From: an uncultured Actinomycetota bacterium
GTDB lineage: Bacteria; Actinomycetota; Actinomycetes; JAFAQI01
Reading direction: 5' to 3'
Assembly (NCBI GenBank): GCA_963770565.1
Contig: CAVYQE010000006.1
Location: 32,001-96,000, forward strand
Length of the DNA: 64,000 nucleotides
Position 1 is the stretch's first letter. Each line of letters opens with the position of its first letter. The position numbers and the translations under genes were made by a program. The notes under the pieces are model-generated. The model was not told the DNA's origin. It did no database searches and saw only the letters and a program-made list of their open reading frames with translations. Positions 43,363 to 54,141 of the stretch are shown piece after piece.

Positions 43363-43698
43363 ATGAACAGAGTGTTCGCCCGGACCTGTGACTACTGCGG
43401 CGGCCCGATTCCTGATGACCAGCCGCCCCAGGCCAAGTACTGCCGTCGTTCGCACCGCCAACGCGCCTTCGAGGTCCGCGACGCCGCGAAGGTCAAGACC
43501 CTCAAACGCCGGGTGACCGCGCTCCGCAAACAAGTCGCCGGCTACGACGCTGCGCTGCTCGCCCTCGCCCAGCACCCGAAGTACGGCGCCGAGATCCGCG
43601 ACGCACTGCTCAAGGCCTACGTGCCGCTGCGCGACGAACCCGGGTGGGAACAACGCGCCTGGCGGCTCACCGTCGACCCACAGGTCGGCCGAGCCTGA
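43363..43698 (+). CDS. Small CxxC zinc-finger-like / coiled-coil protein
   Basis: TCDYCGGPI..AKYCRRSHRQRAF followed by a coiled coil; divergent from the relaxase. Confidence 0.65.
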   Translation: MNRVFARTCDYCGGPIPDDQPPQAKYCRRSHRQRAFEVRDAAKVKTLKRRVTALRKQVAGYDAALLALAQHPKYGAEIRDALLKAYVPLRDEPGWEQRAWRLTVDPQVGRA

Positions 43699-44434
43699 AC
43701 AGCCAGGCCGCCAGACGGCGGATCAGAGTTCACGCCCATCGCCGCCAGAACCGGCACAGGCCAGCCCACCCTGCCAGATCGGCACGCCCCTCGCCATGGC
43801 CTGCCCGACCCTGTGCCGACGCCGTTCAACATCACCGCACCACCGACTCGACCAAGATCAACAACTCTCTGGACACACAGGTATCGAGATACGACTGCCC
43901 GCCTGGTACCGATCTTCAACGGTCCGTTGAGTCGCATGTCGTGGCTAGCCTCGACCCGACGAATCGAGGTCAGATGCCAAGTCCTGCAGTAACCGGCGCG
44001 GTGGCCGGAGCTATCGCTGGCTCGGTGGCGACCGCGGTTTTGAGTGCGAGCGGTAGCGCAGTTTCTCGCGTTGTGAATGCGCTACACAGCAGGCTCACGG
44101 CGAACAATCTCGGTGCACTCAACGCGGGCTGGTACTACCAAGACGATCTTGGCAATCGTCACGAGGTCATTGCGGTCGCGCGCTGCGTTCCGGCAAAGAG
44201 GCTTGCGCCCCAGGAACTCATCCAGAAACGGCGTGTCGCTGGATCGCAGCTCTGGTTCTCCGACGAAGTCAACGAGGCTCCCGAATACTCCGGCGCTGAA
44301 ATGGTGCGGTTTGCAGGTCGATCGTCGGAGGCTCGACTGCTCTTCCACCCGAGCGGACTCATCGAATTCGCACTGCTGTCAACGCCGCTCGAAAATTGAC
44401 CCCCTAGCGCCGGTTGAAAATTGACCCCCTGATG

Positions 44435-45240
44435 GTCATTCTTCGGTTTGTGCTGGCTGCGGGGACGCGGCCGAGGTCTCGGTCTTTGAGTCGGTAGCTG
44501 TCTCCTTTCAGGGCGATGACTTCGGCGTGGTGGACGAGCCGGTCGATCATGGCGGCGGCGACGACGTCGTCACCGAAGACTTCACCCCAGCGGCCGAACG
44601 GCTTGTTGCTGGTGACGATCAGCGAGGCGCGTTCGTAGCGGATGGAGACGAGTTGGAAGAACAGGTTCGCGGCTTCGGGTTCGAAGGGGATGTAGCCGAC
44701 TTCGTCGATGACGAGCAGCGGGTAGCGGCCGAGCCGGATCGAGTTCGGTTTGGAGCCGGCCGGCGGGGTGGGCGTCGGCGAGGCGGGCGACCCATTCGGC
44801 GGCGGTCGCGAACAGGACCCGGTGCCCGGCTTGGCAGGCGCGGATCGCGAGGCCGATCGCGAGGTGGGTTTTGCCGGTGCCGGGCGGTCCGAGGAACACG
44901 ACGTTGTCTTTGGCGGTGACGAAGTCCAGGGTGCCCGAGGTGCGCGATCGTGTCCCGTTTGAGTGCGCGGGCGTGGTCGAAGTCGAACTCCTCCAACGAC
45001 TTGCGTGCGGGGAACCGGGCGGCGCGGATCCGGCCTTCACCGCCGTGGGACTCACGGGCGGAGACCTCACGTTGCAGGCAGGCGACGAGGAACTCCTCAT
45101 GGGTCCAGGTCTCGGCCCGGGCGCGTTCGGCGAGGCGGTCGACGGACTCGCGCAGCGTCGGTGCTTTCAACGCTCGGGTCAGGAACGCGATCTCCGCGCG
45201 GTGTCGCGGCTGGCGGTCGATGGTCTTCGCGGTCGGCCAT
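44435..45240 (-). pseudogene. istB: IstB ATPase with multiple frameshifts
   Basis: RALKAPTLRE, ARFPARKSLEEFDF, GPPGTGKTHLA, IDEVGY and IDRLVHHAE spread over several frames. Confidence 0.85.
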
Positions 45241-46486
45241 CACGCGACCGTTCCGTCGATCGAGACCGAGAGCGGTGTCGTAGTCGGCTGAGGCAGCGGA
45301 TCTCGACGTCGGTGTCGCCCGGCCGGGCGGACCAGCCCGATCCGTTCCCGGCGCAGCAGCTTCGCGGCGGCGACATGCTCGGGGTCGGAGATCGTCTGAT
45401 GCTTGGCCCAGACCCGTTCATGGTCCGCGACGGCCTGTGCCCTCGCAGAGCACCCGGACTCGTGCAGGTCCGCGATCGACCTCGATCCGGCGCCCGATCA
45501 CCGCCGGGTGCACCGAGTAGTCGTTGGAGTCCAACCGGACGTAGTGGTCACGTGCCAGCCGGGTCGATGACCGCCAGCCGGTCGCCGGTGGCGACCGGCG
45601 GCAGGCGATCATCGCTGCCCGGTCGGCGGCGATCCGGTCGGTCGGGGCGCAGCCCAGCACCCGGCGCTGCCGGGGGTTGACCAGCGAGAGCCAGTCACCG
45701 AGCTGAACGTTGAAGTCCGCCGGCGAGGTGAACGACCGGCCGGGCAGGAACGACGTCTCCAGATAGCCGTTCGCCCGCTCGACCAGACCCTTGGCCTCCG
45801 GGTCAGCCGGCTTGCAGACATAGACCTGCGTGGCGAGCGTCCCGCGGAACGCCTGACACTCCACGGTCAGCAGCGAGGTCGTTGCGGCGATGCCGGCCGA
45901 CCGCGCCCTCACCGTCCCAGACCAGCAGCCGCGGGCACCCCACCCAGACCGTTGATCAGCTGCCACCAGCCGGCGAACAGATCCTCCGCCGACCGGGACG
46001 GGATCAGCAACGCTGAGAGCCACCGCGAGTAGCCGCGTGACCATCGTCAGCACCGGCAGCTGCTTGGCGGTGCGGGTCTGCCCGAACCCGACCGGCAGCT
46101 CGATCTCCGGGAACCAGAAGTCGCACTGCGCCAGCTCACCAGGCGCATAACTCGTCCGGCTCGCCGGGTCCGGCGGCAGATAGACCGGCCGCAGCTCCGC
46201 GACCCGGTCCTTCAACACCGTGATCCCACGGTCCCAGCCGATCCGCTCCGCGATCACCGTCGCCGGCATCGTCGGGAACGCCCGCAACAACTCCCGGATC
46301 GCCGGCTCGACCGGATCCACGATCGACCCCGCCGGCGGCCGCCGATACCCCGGCGGACCGTCGCTGGCCAACGCCGCCCGCACCGTGTTCCTCGAGATCC
46401 CCATCACCCGCGCGATCACCTTGATCGGCATGCCCTTCTGCTCGATGCAGCCGACGGATCTCCGCCCAGTCCTCCACGCTCAACAC
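45240..46486 (-). pseudogene. istA: IstA DDE transposase with multiple frameshifts
   Basis: MLSVEDWAEIRRLHRAEG-MPIKVIARVMGISRNTVR, PGELAQCDFW, DPEAKGLVER, YVRLDSNDYSV. Confidence 0.87.
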
Positions 46487-47039
46487 CCCTTCGTCCTCCC
46501 GGCTCGGTTAGAGCCAGGCTGTTGCGAAGGGGGTCAATTTTCAGGCGGCGACACGGGGTCAGTTTTCACGCGACGGCGACAACTGCCGATCGAGATGGAC
46601 GAGACTGTGGAAGGTGCCGCTGACATTTCCGCAGAGGGAGTTGTCATGCCCCTGTCGATCTTGTGCTCGGCGGTTCAGGACGGACTGCATTGTTCCTTGT
46701 ACCCAGGACGCGGAGCCGCACGACGTCGTCTGACCTGGCAGTTGAAGGTGTCAGCGAGCTTCTCAACGGACGAGGGCTCGCGCGAGTGGACAGGCGTTTC
46801 CTCTCGCAGCGGCACACTGAGTCGGATCGCGGGATCGAGAACGATGACCGACTTCGCATGGTTCGAGAGAACGTGAGGCAAACGACGTCACCCGAGAGGG
46901 TGGTCACCGACCTGCTTGCTCAGTTCCTTGGGCGGCGCGGCTACCGCCAGGTCGAGGCGTTCGTGGCCGAGGTCGTCGCCAATGCCGCAGTCGCCGTGAA
47001 CGACGACCGGCCCCGGGTCAGTTCTGCAGGTCGTTGATT

Positions 47040-47796
47040 CGGGAGAAGAGCTCCTCGGGGGTGCGGCCAGGCAACGATCGGGTCTTGTTGGTGTATTTGA
47101 CCGTCGCGCAAATGGATGACCCGGTCGGCGCGAGAGGCGACTGCAGGGTCGTGTGTCGCCACCACGACGGTCATCCCGCGCTCGGTTCGTAGTGGAGCGA
47201 TGAGCGCGAGGATCTCCTCGCCGGTGGTTGAGCTCGAGGTTGCCCGTCGGCTCGTCGGCGAGGAGCAGCCTTGGACGATTCATGAGCGCCCGAGCGATCG
47301 CCACTCGTTGCTGCTGGCCTCCAGAGAGCTCGGATGGCAGAGAGTGGCCTCGTGCCTCAAGCCCGACGGCGGTGAGTAGTTGCGCTGCCCGCTCGCTCTT
47401 GTCGAAATCCGTGCGCTTTGGCAGAACAGGCGCGATCACGTTGTCGATCACGGTGAGCGCAGGCAACAGATTGAATCGCTGAAACACGAATCCAACCCGT
47501 CGCCGGTGGGCGATCAGTTCGCTCTGTCGCGCCGTGGCGAGATCGAAGTTGTCGATCAGAACGGTTGTTGGCGTCGGGGCGGTCGAGCGCGCCCAGAAAG
47601 GTGCAACAGTGTGGACTTGCCGGACCCGGACGGGCCGGTCAACGCGACCATACTCCCGGCAGGGATCTCCAGGCTTACGCCATCGAGCGCAACGACGCGG
47701 TTGGTCCGCTCCGGTAGGTGCGGATGACGTGATCCACGACCACTCGCGAGCCAGCTGACTCGCCTGGATTCCGGATGGGGTCGCGCTGAGATTCAC
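47040..47796 (-). pseudogene. LolD/MacB-type ABC ATP-binding protein, frameshifted (ends approximate)
   Basis: [36 protein letters not shown] and VATHD in different frames. Confidence 0.8.
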
Positions 47797-47898
47797 CGCG
47801 CATCTGCGCTCCTGGACGAGAGCATGCCGTGTGAATACATTCTCCAGCATGCAATCACGCGACAGCCGTGCTGCCGAAGCAACGACGAGGATGTGACG

Positions 47899-48420
47899 AT
47901 GGCGATACAGCACGCAGTTTTCTGCTGTTGCTCGACGATGGACCCACGTACGGATACGAGCTGAAGGTGAAGTTCGAAGCGGCGATCGGTCCGCAGTGGG
48001 GTCAGCTGAACATCGGGCACCTGTATCACACGCTTGATCGGCTCGCCCGCGACGGGGTTTCGTGACTTAGCAAAGTGGAGCCGGCTGGGATCCCGGCCCG
48101 ACAGACGGGTGTATTCCCTCACACCGGCGGGTCGCCGCGGGGTGCAGGCTTGGCTAGCCGAGCCGGCAGTTCGGACGGGTGGGTATCGCGACGAGCTGTT
48201 CTTCAGTGAGTTGCTGGGTGGCGTCCAGGTCGGGGCTCGACGCCCTCGCCGGCGTGGTGAACCGGCAGCGCTCCCATCACCTCGGTGAGTTGCGCACCCT
48301 GGCTGAACTGCGCGACGAGCACGCCGACGAACCCGTGATCCGTCATGGTTGATCGACGCCGCGCGCCTACACAACGCAGGCCGAACCTCAGGCTGGCTCG
48401 AAATTGCCGAAGGCCGACCA
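47899..48420 (+). pseudogene. PadR family regulator, frameshifted (3' end approximate)
   Basis: MAIQHAV.. / [27 protein letters not shown] / PDRRVYSLTPAGR..RDELFF. Confidence 0.8.
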
Positions 48421-48521
48421 GACCGATCTCACCGCCGCCGCACATCGAGCGATTCCCCGCGGCTCTCGATCCCGCCGGGTCGCGAGTTGCCCTCTTCGCA
48501 AGTCCGGCTGAGCGAGTCCCG

Positions 48522-51263
48522 GTGCTTCGTTACATCTCTCTCATCGTTGCGGTTGCGTCGCGGCCGGGCCTCTTGGTGTTGGCATCGGGATTGCGGCTCG
48601 CGGTGGTCAGCTTCTCCGGGTCACCCCGCCGCCGACCGCGACGAGCAGGGTTCGGACCGTCGGCATCTTGCGCAACAACGCCCGCGCCGCCTACGACATC
48701 CTGGTCCGGCCGGCGGGGTCTCGAAGTGCGATCGAGCAACAGCGCGGGCTTGTGCAGGACAACTTCCAATCGGGGCTGTTCGGCGGGATCACGATGGCGC
48801 AGTACCACTCGATTCGCCGACTGCCCGGCGTGGAGGTCGCTGCGCCGGTCGCGAACCTCGGGTACATGCTCCTGGAGCAGAACGTGCCGATCGACATTCG
48901 TCGCTGGACGACGGTGGCACACGATACAGATCTTCAGGGTCGGCTTGACGTACCGGACCAACCACGGGCTGGAGAGCGCCCGCGATGCTCCCAGCTATGT
49001 GTACGTCACCGACCGACCTGTGGTGGCCGCCGACCACGACCATTACGAGGTACAGCCGAACCACCAGCGTCTCGCGGTGTGCGACGGGTTCAACGAGCAC
49101 CCGCCGGACCTCGAGAACAGCGCGTTTCAACGGGGATACCGCGAGGCGATGTTCTGCGATTCTCAGCGGAGGCGGTTCGTCGGCGCAGACGTCGACATCG
49201 GATTCCCTGTTCTTGTTGCCGCCATCGACCCACGCGAAGAGAACTGCCTGGTCGGCCTCGACTCCGCAACGGTGTCCGGGCTGCCCCTGCGTGAAGACGA
49301 CGGGCCGAGGTGTCCGAGACACGGCGACACCGACACGCCTACTGTCCCGGTGATCGCGACCAGCCGAAGCTTCCTCAGCGAGACCCTGCATGCCACCGTG
49401 TCGAGTCTTCGCCTGCCGGCATCGCCTGGCCTGCCGCACATTCTCACGACGGCGAAGGCCCGACGATTACTGCCATCACTGTCTGGGAGGCACGTCGGTA
49501 ACGTCAACATCAACCTTGCCCACGTCTTCGACGGCGCGCTCAACGACGTCTCGCTCTACTCCGACACCGAGGGCAACTACTGGTCGCTTAAGCCGGTCAC
49601 GTACGCGCCTGCCGCTGGCGGCGCACTTCGCGCACGCTCCGTCACGAATCCGCCAGGGGTGTGGAGCAGCACGGTGTACTCACAGTTCGGATTCGACCCC
49701 ACCACCCCGATCGAGAACAACGACACCCAGTTCCATCGAATCGTCGAACACGAAGCGACCAACGAGGAACCCACTGGCGCGGGCTGCCGCATCGTCGGTG
49801 GATTCGCACCCGACCTGCACCTCGTAGGTCGTTACGACCCGAGCCGTCTGCGCGGCTTCTCCTCGCTGTCGCAAGTCCCGCTGGAGTCCTACCGACCACC
49901 AACCGTGACCGGGGCCGATCCGTCGAGCATCGCCGCGCTGCACGGTCGAGCGATGTTGCCTGATGCGAACATCGCAGGCTACGTCGCTCAACCGCCGGGT
50001 TTGTTCACCACGTTGTCGTCGATCCGGACTTTCACCGCATCACGCGTCGGGCCTGACCCAGACGCGAAGGCTCCGATCAGTGTCATCCGCGTCCGAGTCG
50101 CCGGCGTCGCCGGCATCGACAAGGCATCCCGATCGCGGATCAACGACGTCGCGACCGCAATCCACAACCAGACCGGCCTCGACGTCGACATCACGTACGG
50201 CAGCTCACCAGCTCCCCAGACCATCGACCTGCCCGCGACCAAAGATGGTGAGCCGGCCCTGCAGGTGCGCGAGGGCTGGACCAAACTCGGCGTCGCCGTC
50301 GTGATCCTCAACGCCATCAATCGGAAGAGCGCAGCGCTATTCGCGCTGATTCTTGTGGTCTGTGGGCTGTCCGTCGCGAACGCCGCGTCCGCGGCTGCCC
50401 AGGCGCGGCGTCGCGAGCTCGCGACCTTGACCTGCCTGGGATGGTCGCCGCGGGAGCTGTTCGAGATCGTCCTTGGCGAACTTGTCGTAATTGGGCTGAT
50501 TGCTGGCGTGGTGGGCAGCCTGGCGGGCTGGGCACTGACCGTCGGACTCAACCTCTCGGTCGCCCCGCTCACGTTGCTCGTCGCCGTGCCTTTGGCCTTG
50601 GCCGTTGCTCTTGCCGCTGGAGGCCTACCCGCTTGGCGCGCTAGCCGAGCTACGCCTGCCGAAGCGGTCCGCGCGAATGTCGCGAAAGCCCGGCGCGCGT
50701 TTTCGCCGCGGCGCCTTCCCGGTATGGCGTTAGTCAACCTGCGGCGACGGCCCGCCCGCACCGCGCTCGCTACGGGCAGCCTTGTTCTTGGCATTGCCGC
50801 GCTGACGGTTCTGCTAGCCGTCACATTCGCGTTTCGCGGGTCAGCCAGCGGCAATCTGCTCGGCAACGACATCACCCTGCATGTCAAAGGCGTCGACTAC
50901 ATCGCTATCGGTGCAATGCTCGCGCTCGCTGCGACCGGCGTCGCCGACATGCTCTATCTCAATGTTCGGGAACGAGCGGGTGAGTTCGCGACGTTGCGCG
51001 CCACCGGGTGGAGCGACGCCTGGCAAAGCAGGCTGCTCGGCTACGAGGCAGGCATTGTCGGGCTCTCCGGCGGAGTCGTCGGCGCGATACTCGGCCTGCT
51101 CGCCGCCGCAGTGGTCACCACGGGAGGCAGCTTCCAACGGCTAGTGGTGATCACCGTGATTGCCGCCATTGTCGGTCTGGTTCTTGCCGGCCTCGCGTCG
51201 ATCATTCCTGGCCTCGCGCTGCGGCGCCTCCCCACGACGCAGCTACTAGCCGCCGACGAATGA
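48522..51263 (+). pseudogene. FtsX-like ABC permease with 5' frameshifts
   Basis: AYDILVRP..GGITMAQY..APVANLGY in one frame; the C-terminal two-thirds, with RRRELATL and RAGEFATLRATGW, is in ORF 48345..51263. Confidence 0.78.
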
Positions 51264-51449
51264 GTCCGTGGAGCCTGTGGCCTGGGGGGTGACTGAAGGC
51301 CCAGGTCAAGATCAACGTGCAACCCGCGTGCAATAGCGGGCGGTACGACACGGCGAGACACGGTGTCCAGCGGGCGGCTCACCGGCAACGTGCGCGAGGG
51401 TCATGTTGGCGGCAAAGCCGTTCCGACCTGCGGAAACGCCGAAAGTTGG

Positions 51450-51526
51450 TGGTGGGCAGGGGCGGGGTCGAACCGCCGACCTTCCGCTTTTCAGGCGGAC
51501 GCTCGTACCAACTGAGCTACCTGCCC
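51450..51526 (-). tRNA. tRNA-Phe (GAA), CCA encoded
   Basis: GGGCAGG acceptor stem, TAGCTCAGTTGGTA D arm, anticodon loop CTGAAAA, GGTTCGACCCC T arm, 3' ACCA. Confidence 0.97.
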
Positions 51527-51556
51527 CGGTAGGGACCGGTCGAGTCTAGAGGCAGT

Positions 51557-52714
51557 ATGGACGGGGTGACGATGACCGGTCCGCGCGGACGGCCTCGTCG
51601 CCGCGGGCGGGGGATCGCTGCCCGCTTGGATCCGCGCCGGGCGCGGTGGCTACGAAGCTCCCGCGGCCGGGCGCTGGCCGGCGCCGGCGTCGTCGCGGTG
51701 GCCGGCGTCGTGATCGGGGTCGTGCTCACGCTGGGCGGCGGGTCGCAGCCGAAGGCGCCGCTGGGGCCGGCGCCGCTGGGCAGCCACGGGTACGACGTGT
51801 CCTGGCCGCAGTGCTCAGGCGTTTCCGCGGAGACGTTGCCCGCCGGTCGGCCGCCGTACGTGCTGCTCGGGCTGACCCACGGAGCGGGCAACACGGTGAA
51901 CCCGTGCCTGGCCGCGCAGCTGGCCTGGGCGAAGACCAACGGCGTGCGGGTCGGGGCGTATGCGGTGGTGTCGTACCCGACCGCGGAGGCGCTGGCTGCG
52001 TCGGCCAGCGGACCGTTGGCGTCGTGCGGGTCGTCGGTGCGCTGCGAGCTGCGCAACAACGGGGCGGCGCAGGTGCAGGCGGCGCTCGCGACGATGCGCT
52101 CGGCCGGGCTGACGGTGCCGCGGCTGTGGCTCGACGTCGAGGTGGGCAACTCGGTGCCATGGTCAGCCCGGGTCGTGCGGAACGTCGCCGTGCTGCGCGG
52201 CGCGGTCGCCGCGCTTCGGGCGGCCAACGAGCCGGTCGGGGTCTACACGACCTCGGCGATGTGGACGCAGATCACCCGCGGCTACCGGCTCGACGTGCCG
52301 AACTGGCTGCCCAGCGGAGACGGCAAGCCGCACCACGCCGCCCGGCTGTGCCGGGCGACCGCGACCGGCGGGGTGACCTGGCTGGTGCAGTACACCCGCG
52401 GGCTCGACTCGGACCTGACCTGCCCGGTGCTGGCCGCCGTACGCGGGAAGCCGGGGCCGCTGTGGCCGTACCGGAACTCGACGGTCGCGGCGGGGGCGTC
52501 GGGTGCGGCGGTGAGCGCGGTGCAGCAGCAGGTGGCCACGCCGGTGACCGGGTCGTACTCCGCGGCGACCGTGACCGCGGTCAAGACCTGGCAGTCCGAG
52601 AACCACCTTTCGGTCACCGGCACCGTGACGCCCGTGGACTGGAAGGCGATGGGCGCGGATCAACTCCGCGGCGGCCGACCGCTGCAGCTGGCCCGCTTCG
52701 CCAGCTCGCCGTAA
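51557..52714 (+). CDS. Membrane-anchored GH25-like glycoside hydrolase with C-terminal peptidoglycan-binding domain
   Basis: GYDVSWPQC, LWLDVE, VGVYTT..W; C-terminal AVSAVQQ..T..AVKTWQ..LSVTGTV..W. Confidence 0.75.
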   Translation: MDGVTMTGPRGRPRRRGRGIAARLDPRRARWLRSSRGRALAGAGVVAVAGVVIGVVLTLGGGSQPKAPLGPAPLGSHGYDVSWPQCSGVSAETLPAGRPPYVLLGLTHGAGNTVNPCLAAQLAWAKTNGVRVGAYAVVSYPTAEALAASASGPLASCGSSVRCELRNNGAAQVQAALATMRSAGLTVPRLWLDVEVGNSVPWSARVVRNVAVLRGAVAALRAANEPVGVYTTSAMWTQITRGYRLDVPNWLPSGDGKPHHAARLCRATATGGVTWLVQYTRGLDSDLTCPVLAAVRGKPGPLWPYRNSTVAAGASGAAVSAVQQQVATPVTGSYSAATVTAVKTWQSENHLSVTGTVTPVDWKAMGADQLRGGRPLQLARFASSP

Positions 52715-52781
52715 ACCCTGCCATCCGGTCGGGCCGCAGGGATCGCGTTGATGCGCCCGGTCTGGCCCATCTGACCCAACG

Positions 52782-52846
52782 TGGTCGAAAGCGATAGCAG
52801 AACCTGGTCCAAAACGTTATCGAGATCTGGTCCAAAGCGTTACTCT
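52782..52846 (+). promoter_or_regulatory. Three 15-bp direct repeats (23-bp period) and a -10 box before the ATPase gene
   Basis: TGGTCGAAAGCGATA (52782), TGGTCCAAAACGTTA (52805), TGGTCCAAAGCGTTA (52828); TACTCT at 52841. Confidence 0.65.
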
Positions 52847-52852
52847 GCTTCT

Positions 52853-54091
52853 ATGGCTACGGAGTATTTGCCGAGGCTGATTGATGCGGATCTGCGTGCG
52901 CTCTTCGAGGAACTGCCGGCGCTGATGGTCGTCGGTCCTCGCGCGACGGGCAAGACCACTACCGCGCAGCAGATGGCAGCGAGCCTCGTCCGGTTGGATC
53001 AGCCAGCAGAGGCCGCGGCCTTCAATGCGGATCCAGATGCGGCACTTGCCACCATGGCCGAGCCGGTGCTGCTGGACGAGTGGCAGGCGGTTCCTTCCGT
53101 TCTTGGTGCAGTCAAGCGAGCGGTTGATGCTGAGCCGCGTCCTGGCCGTTTCCTGTTGATCGGTAGCGTCCGGGCCGACCTGCAGGCGGAGACTTGGCCG
53201 GGCACCGGCCGGGTGATCCGGCGATCGATGTATGGGCTCACCGAGCGCGAGTTGGTTGGTCGTACCGACGGCCCCACGTTCCTTGACCGGCTGGCGACGA
53301 ACGATCTGGCGAGGCTCGCCCCGCCGCCATCGCCGCCAGACCTGAGCGGGTACGTCGACCTCGCTCTGGCCGGCGGCTATCCAGAACCAGTCCTACGCCT
53401 GTCCGGCCGGGCGCGTGTCGCCTGGGCCGAGGGGTATCTCGACCAGTTGCTCACCCGAGACGCGGCCACTGCGTCAGGCCGGCGCCCGCTCCAGCTTCGC
53501 CGCTATTTCGAGGCGCTCGCGCTCAATACGGCCGGCGTGGTTGAGCACAAGACCCTTTACGACGCTGCGCAGATCAACCGCCTCACCGCCGACGCTTACG
53601 ATTCCCTGCTCGCGGACTTGTTCGTCGTGGATGCGGTTCCGGCTTGGTTGACCAACCGGTTATCCCGTCTCACCAAGGCTTCGAAGCGTTACGTCGTCGA
53701 CCCGTCATTGGTAGCCGCGGCGCTGCGCCTCGATCGCACTGCTGTGCTTCGCGACGGTGACCTGCTTGGCCGGCTCATCGACACCTACGTCGCCGCGCAG
53801 CTGCGCCCGGAGCTCGAGCTCTCGTCGCCAGGTGCTCGGCTACACCACCTGAGGGAGAAGAACGGCCGGCACGAAATTGATCTGCTGGCCGAGCTTGCGG
53901 CGCATCGAGTGATCGCGATCGAAGTGAAGGCGAGCGCCGCACCGGGCGGTGGCGACGCACGGCATCTGACCTGGTTGCGCGATCAGCTGGACGATCGGTT
54001 CGTTGCCGGGGCGGTCCTGCATACCGGCCCGAGAGCGTTCTCACTCGATGACCGGATATACGCCCTGCCGATCGCCTCGATCTGGAGTTGA
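52853..54091 (+). CDS. AAA_14 ATPase with C-terminal DUF4143 / PD-(D/E)xK domain
   Basis: YLPRLID, GPRATGKTT, LDEWQ, GRFLLIGS, GGYPE, HEIDLL..IEVKA. Confidence 0.9.
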   Translation: MATEYLPRLIDADLRALFEELPALMVVGPRATGKTTTAQQMAASLVRLDQPAEAAAFNADPDAALATMAEPVLLDEWQAVPSVLGAVKRAVDAEPRPGRFLLIGSVRADLQAETWPGTGRVIRRSMYGLTERELVGRTDGPTFLDRLATNDLARLAPPPSPPDLSGYVDLALAGGYPEPVLRLSGRARVAWAEGYLDQLLTRDAATASGRRPLQLRRYFEALALNTAGVVEHKTLYDAAQINRLTADAYDSLLADLFVVDAVPAWLTNRLSRLTKASKRYVVDPSLVAAALRLDRTAVLRDGDLLGRLIDTYVAAQLRPELELSSPGARLHHLREKNGRHEIDLLAELAAHRVIAIEVKASAAPGGGDARHLTWLRDQLDDRFVAGAVLHTGPRAFSLDDRIYALPIASIWS

Positions 54092-54141
54092 CGCCGTTGA
54101 GCTGGCCCGCTTCGCCGACTCCCCGTAGGGCGGCGGCGCGG

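Larger units (their letters stand above)
44377..46581 (-). mobile_element. IS21-family insertion sequence (IS1533-like)
   Basis: Ends TGTCAACG...GGCGACA; repeated GAAAATTGACCCC subterminal motifs; 5-bp target duplication ACTGC at 44372-44376 and 46582-46586. Confidence 0.93.
43974..46876 (+). pseudogene. Hypothetical protein interrupted by IS21
   Basis: Removing the IS and one ACTGC copy rejoins ...GLIEFAL-PIEMDETVEG... in frame; the 3' end may extend to 47037 via a frameshift. Confidence 0.7.
37511..51496. mobile_element. Integrative mobilizable element (~14 kb) at tRNA-Phe
   Basis: 47-bp direct repeats enclose a tyrosine integrase, excisionase and MobF relaxase; no T4SS, TraB or phage genes seen. 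Confidence 0.88.

Noticed and set aside
37511-51496. Prophage
   Set aside because: No terminase, capsid, tail or lysis genes; a relaxase is present.
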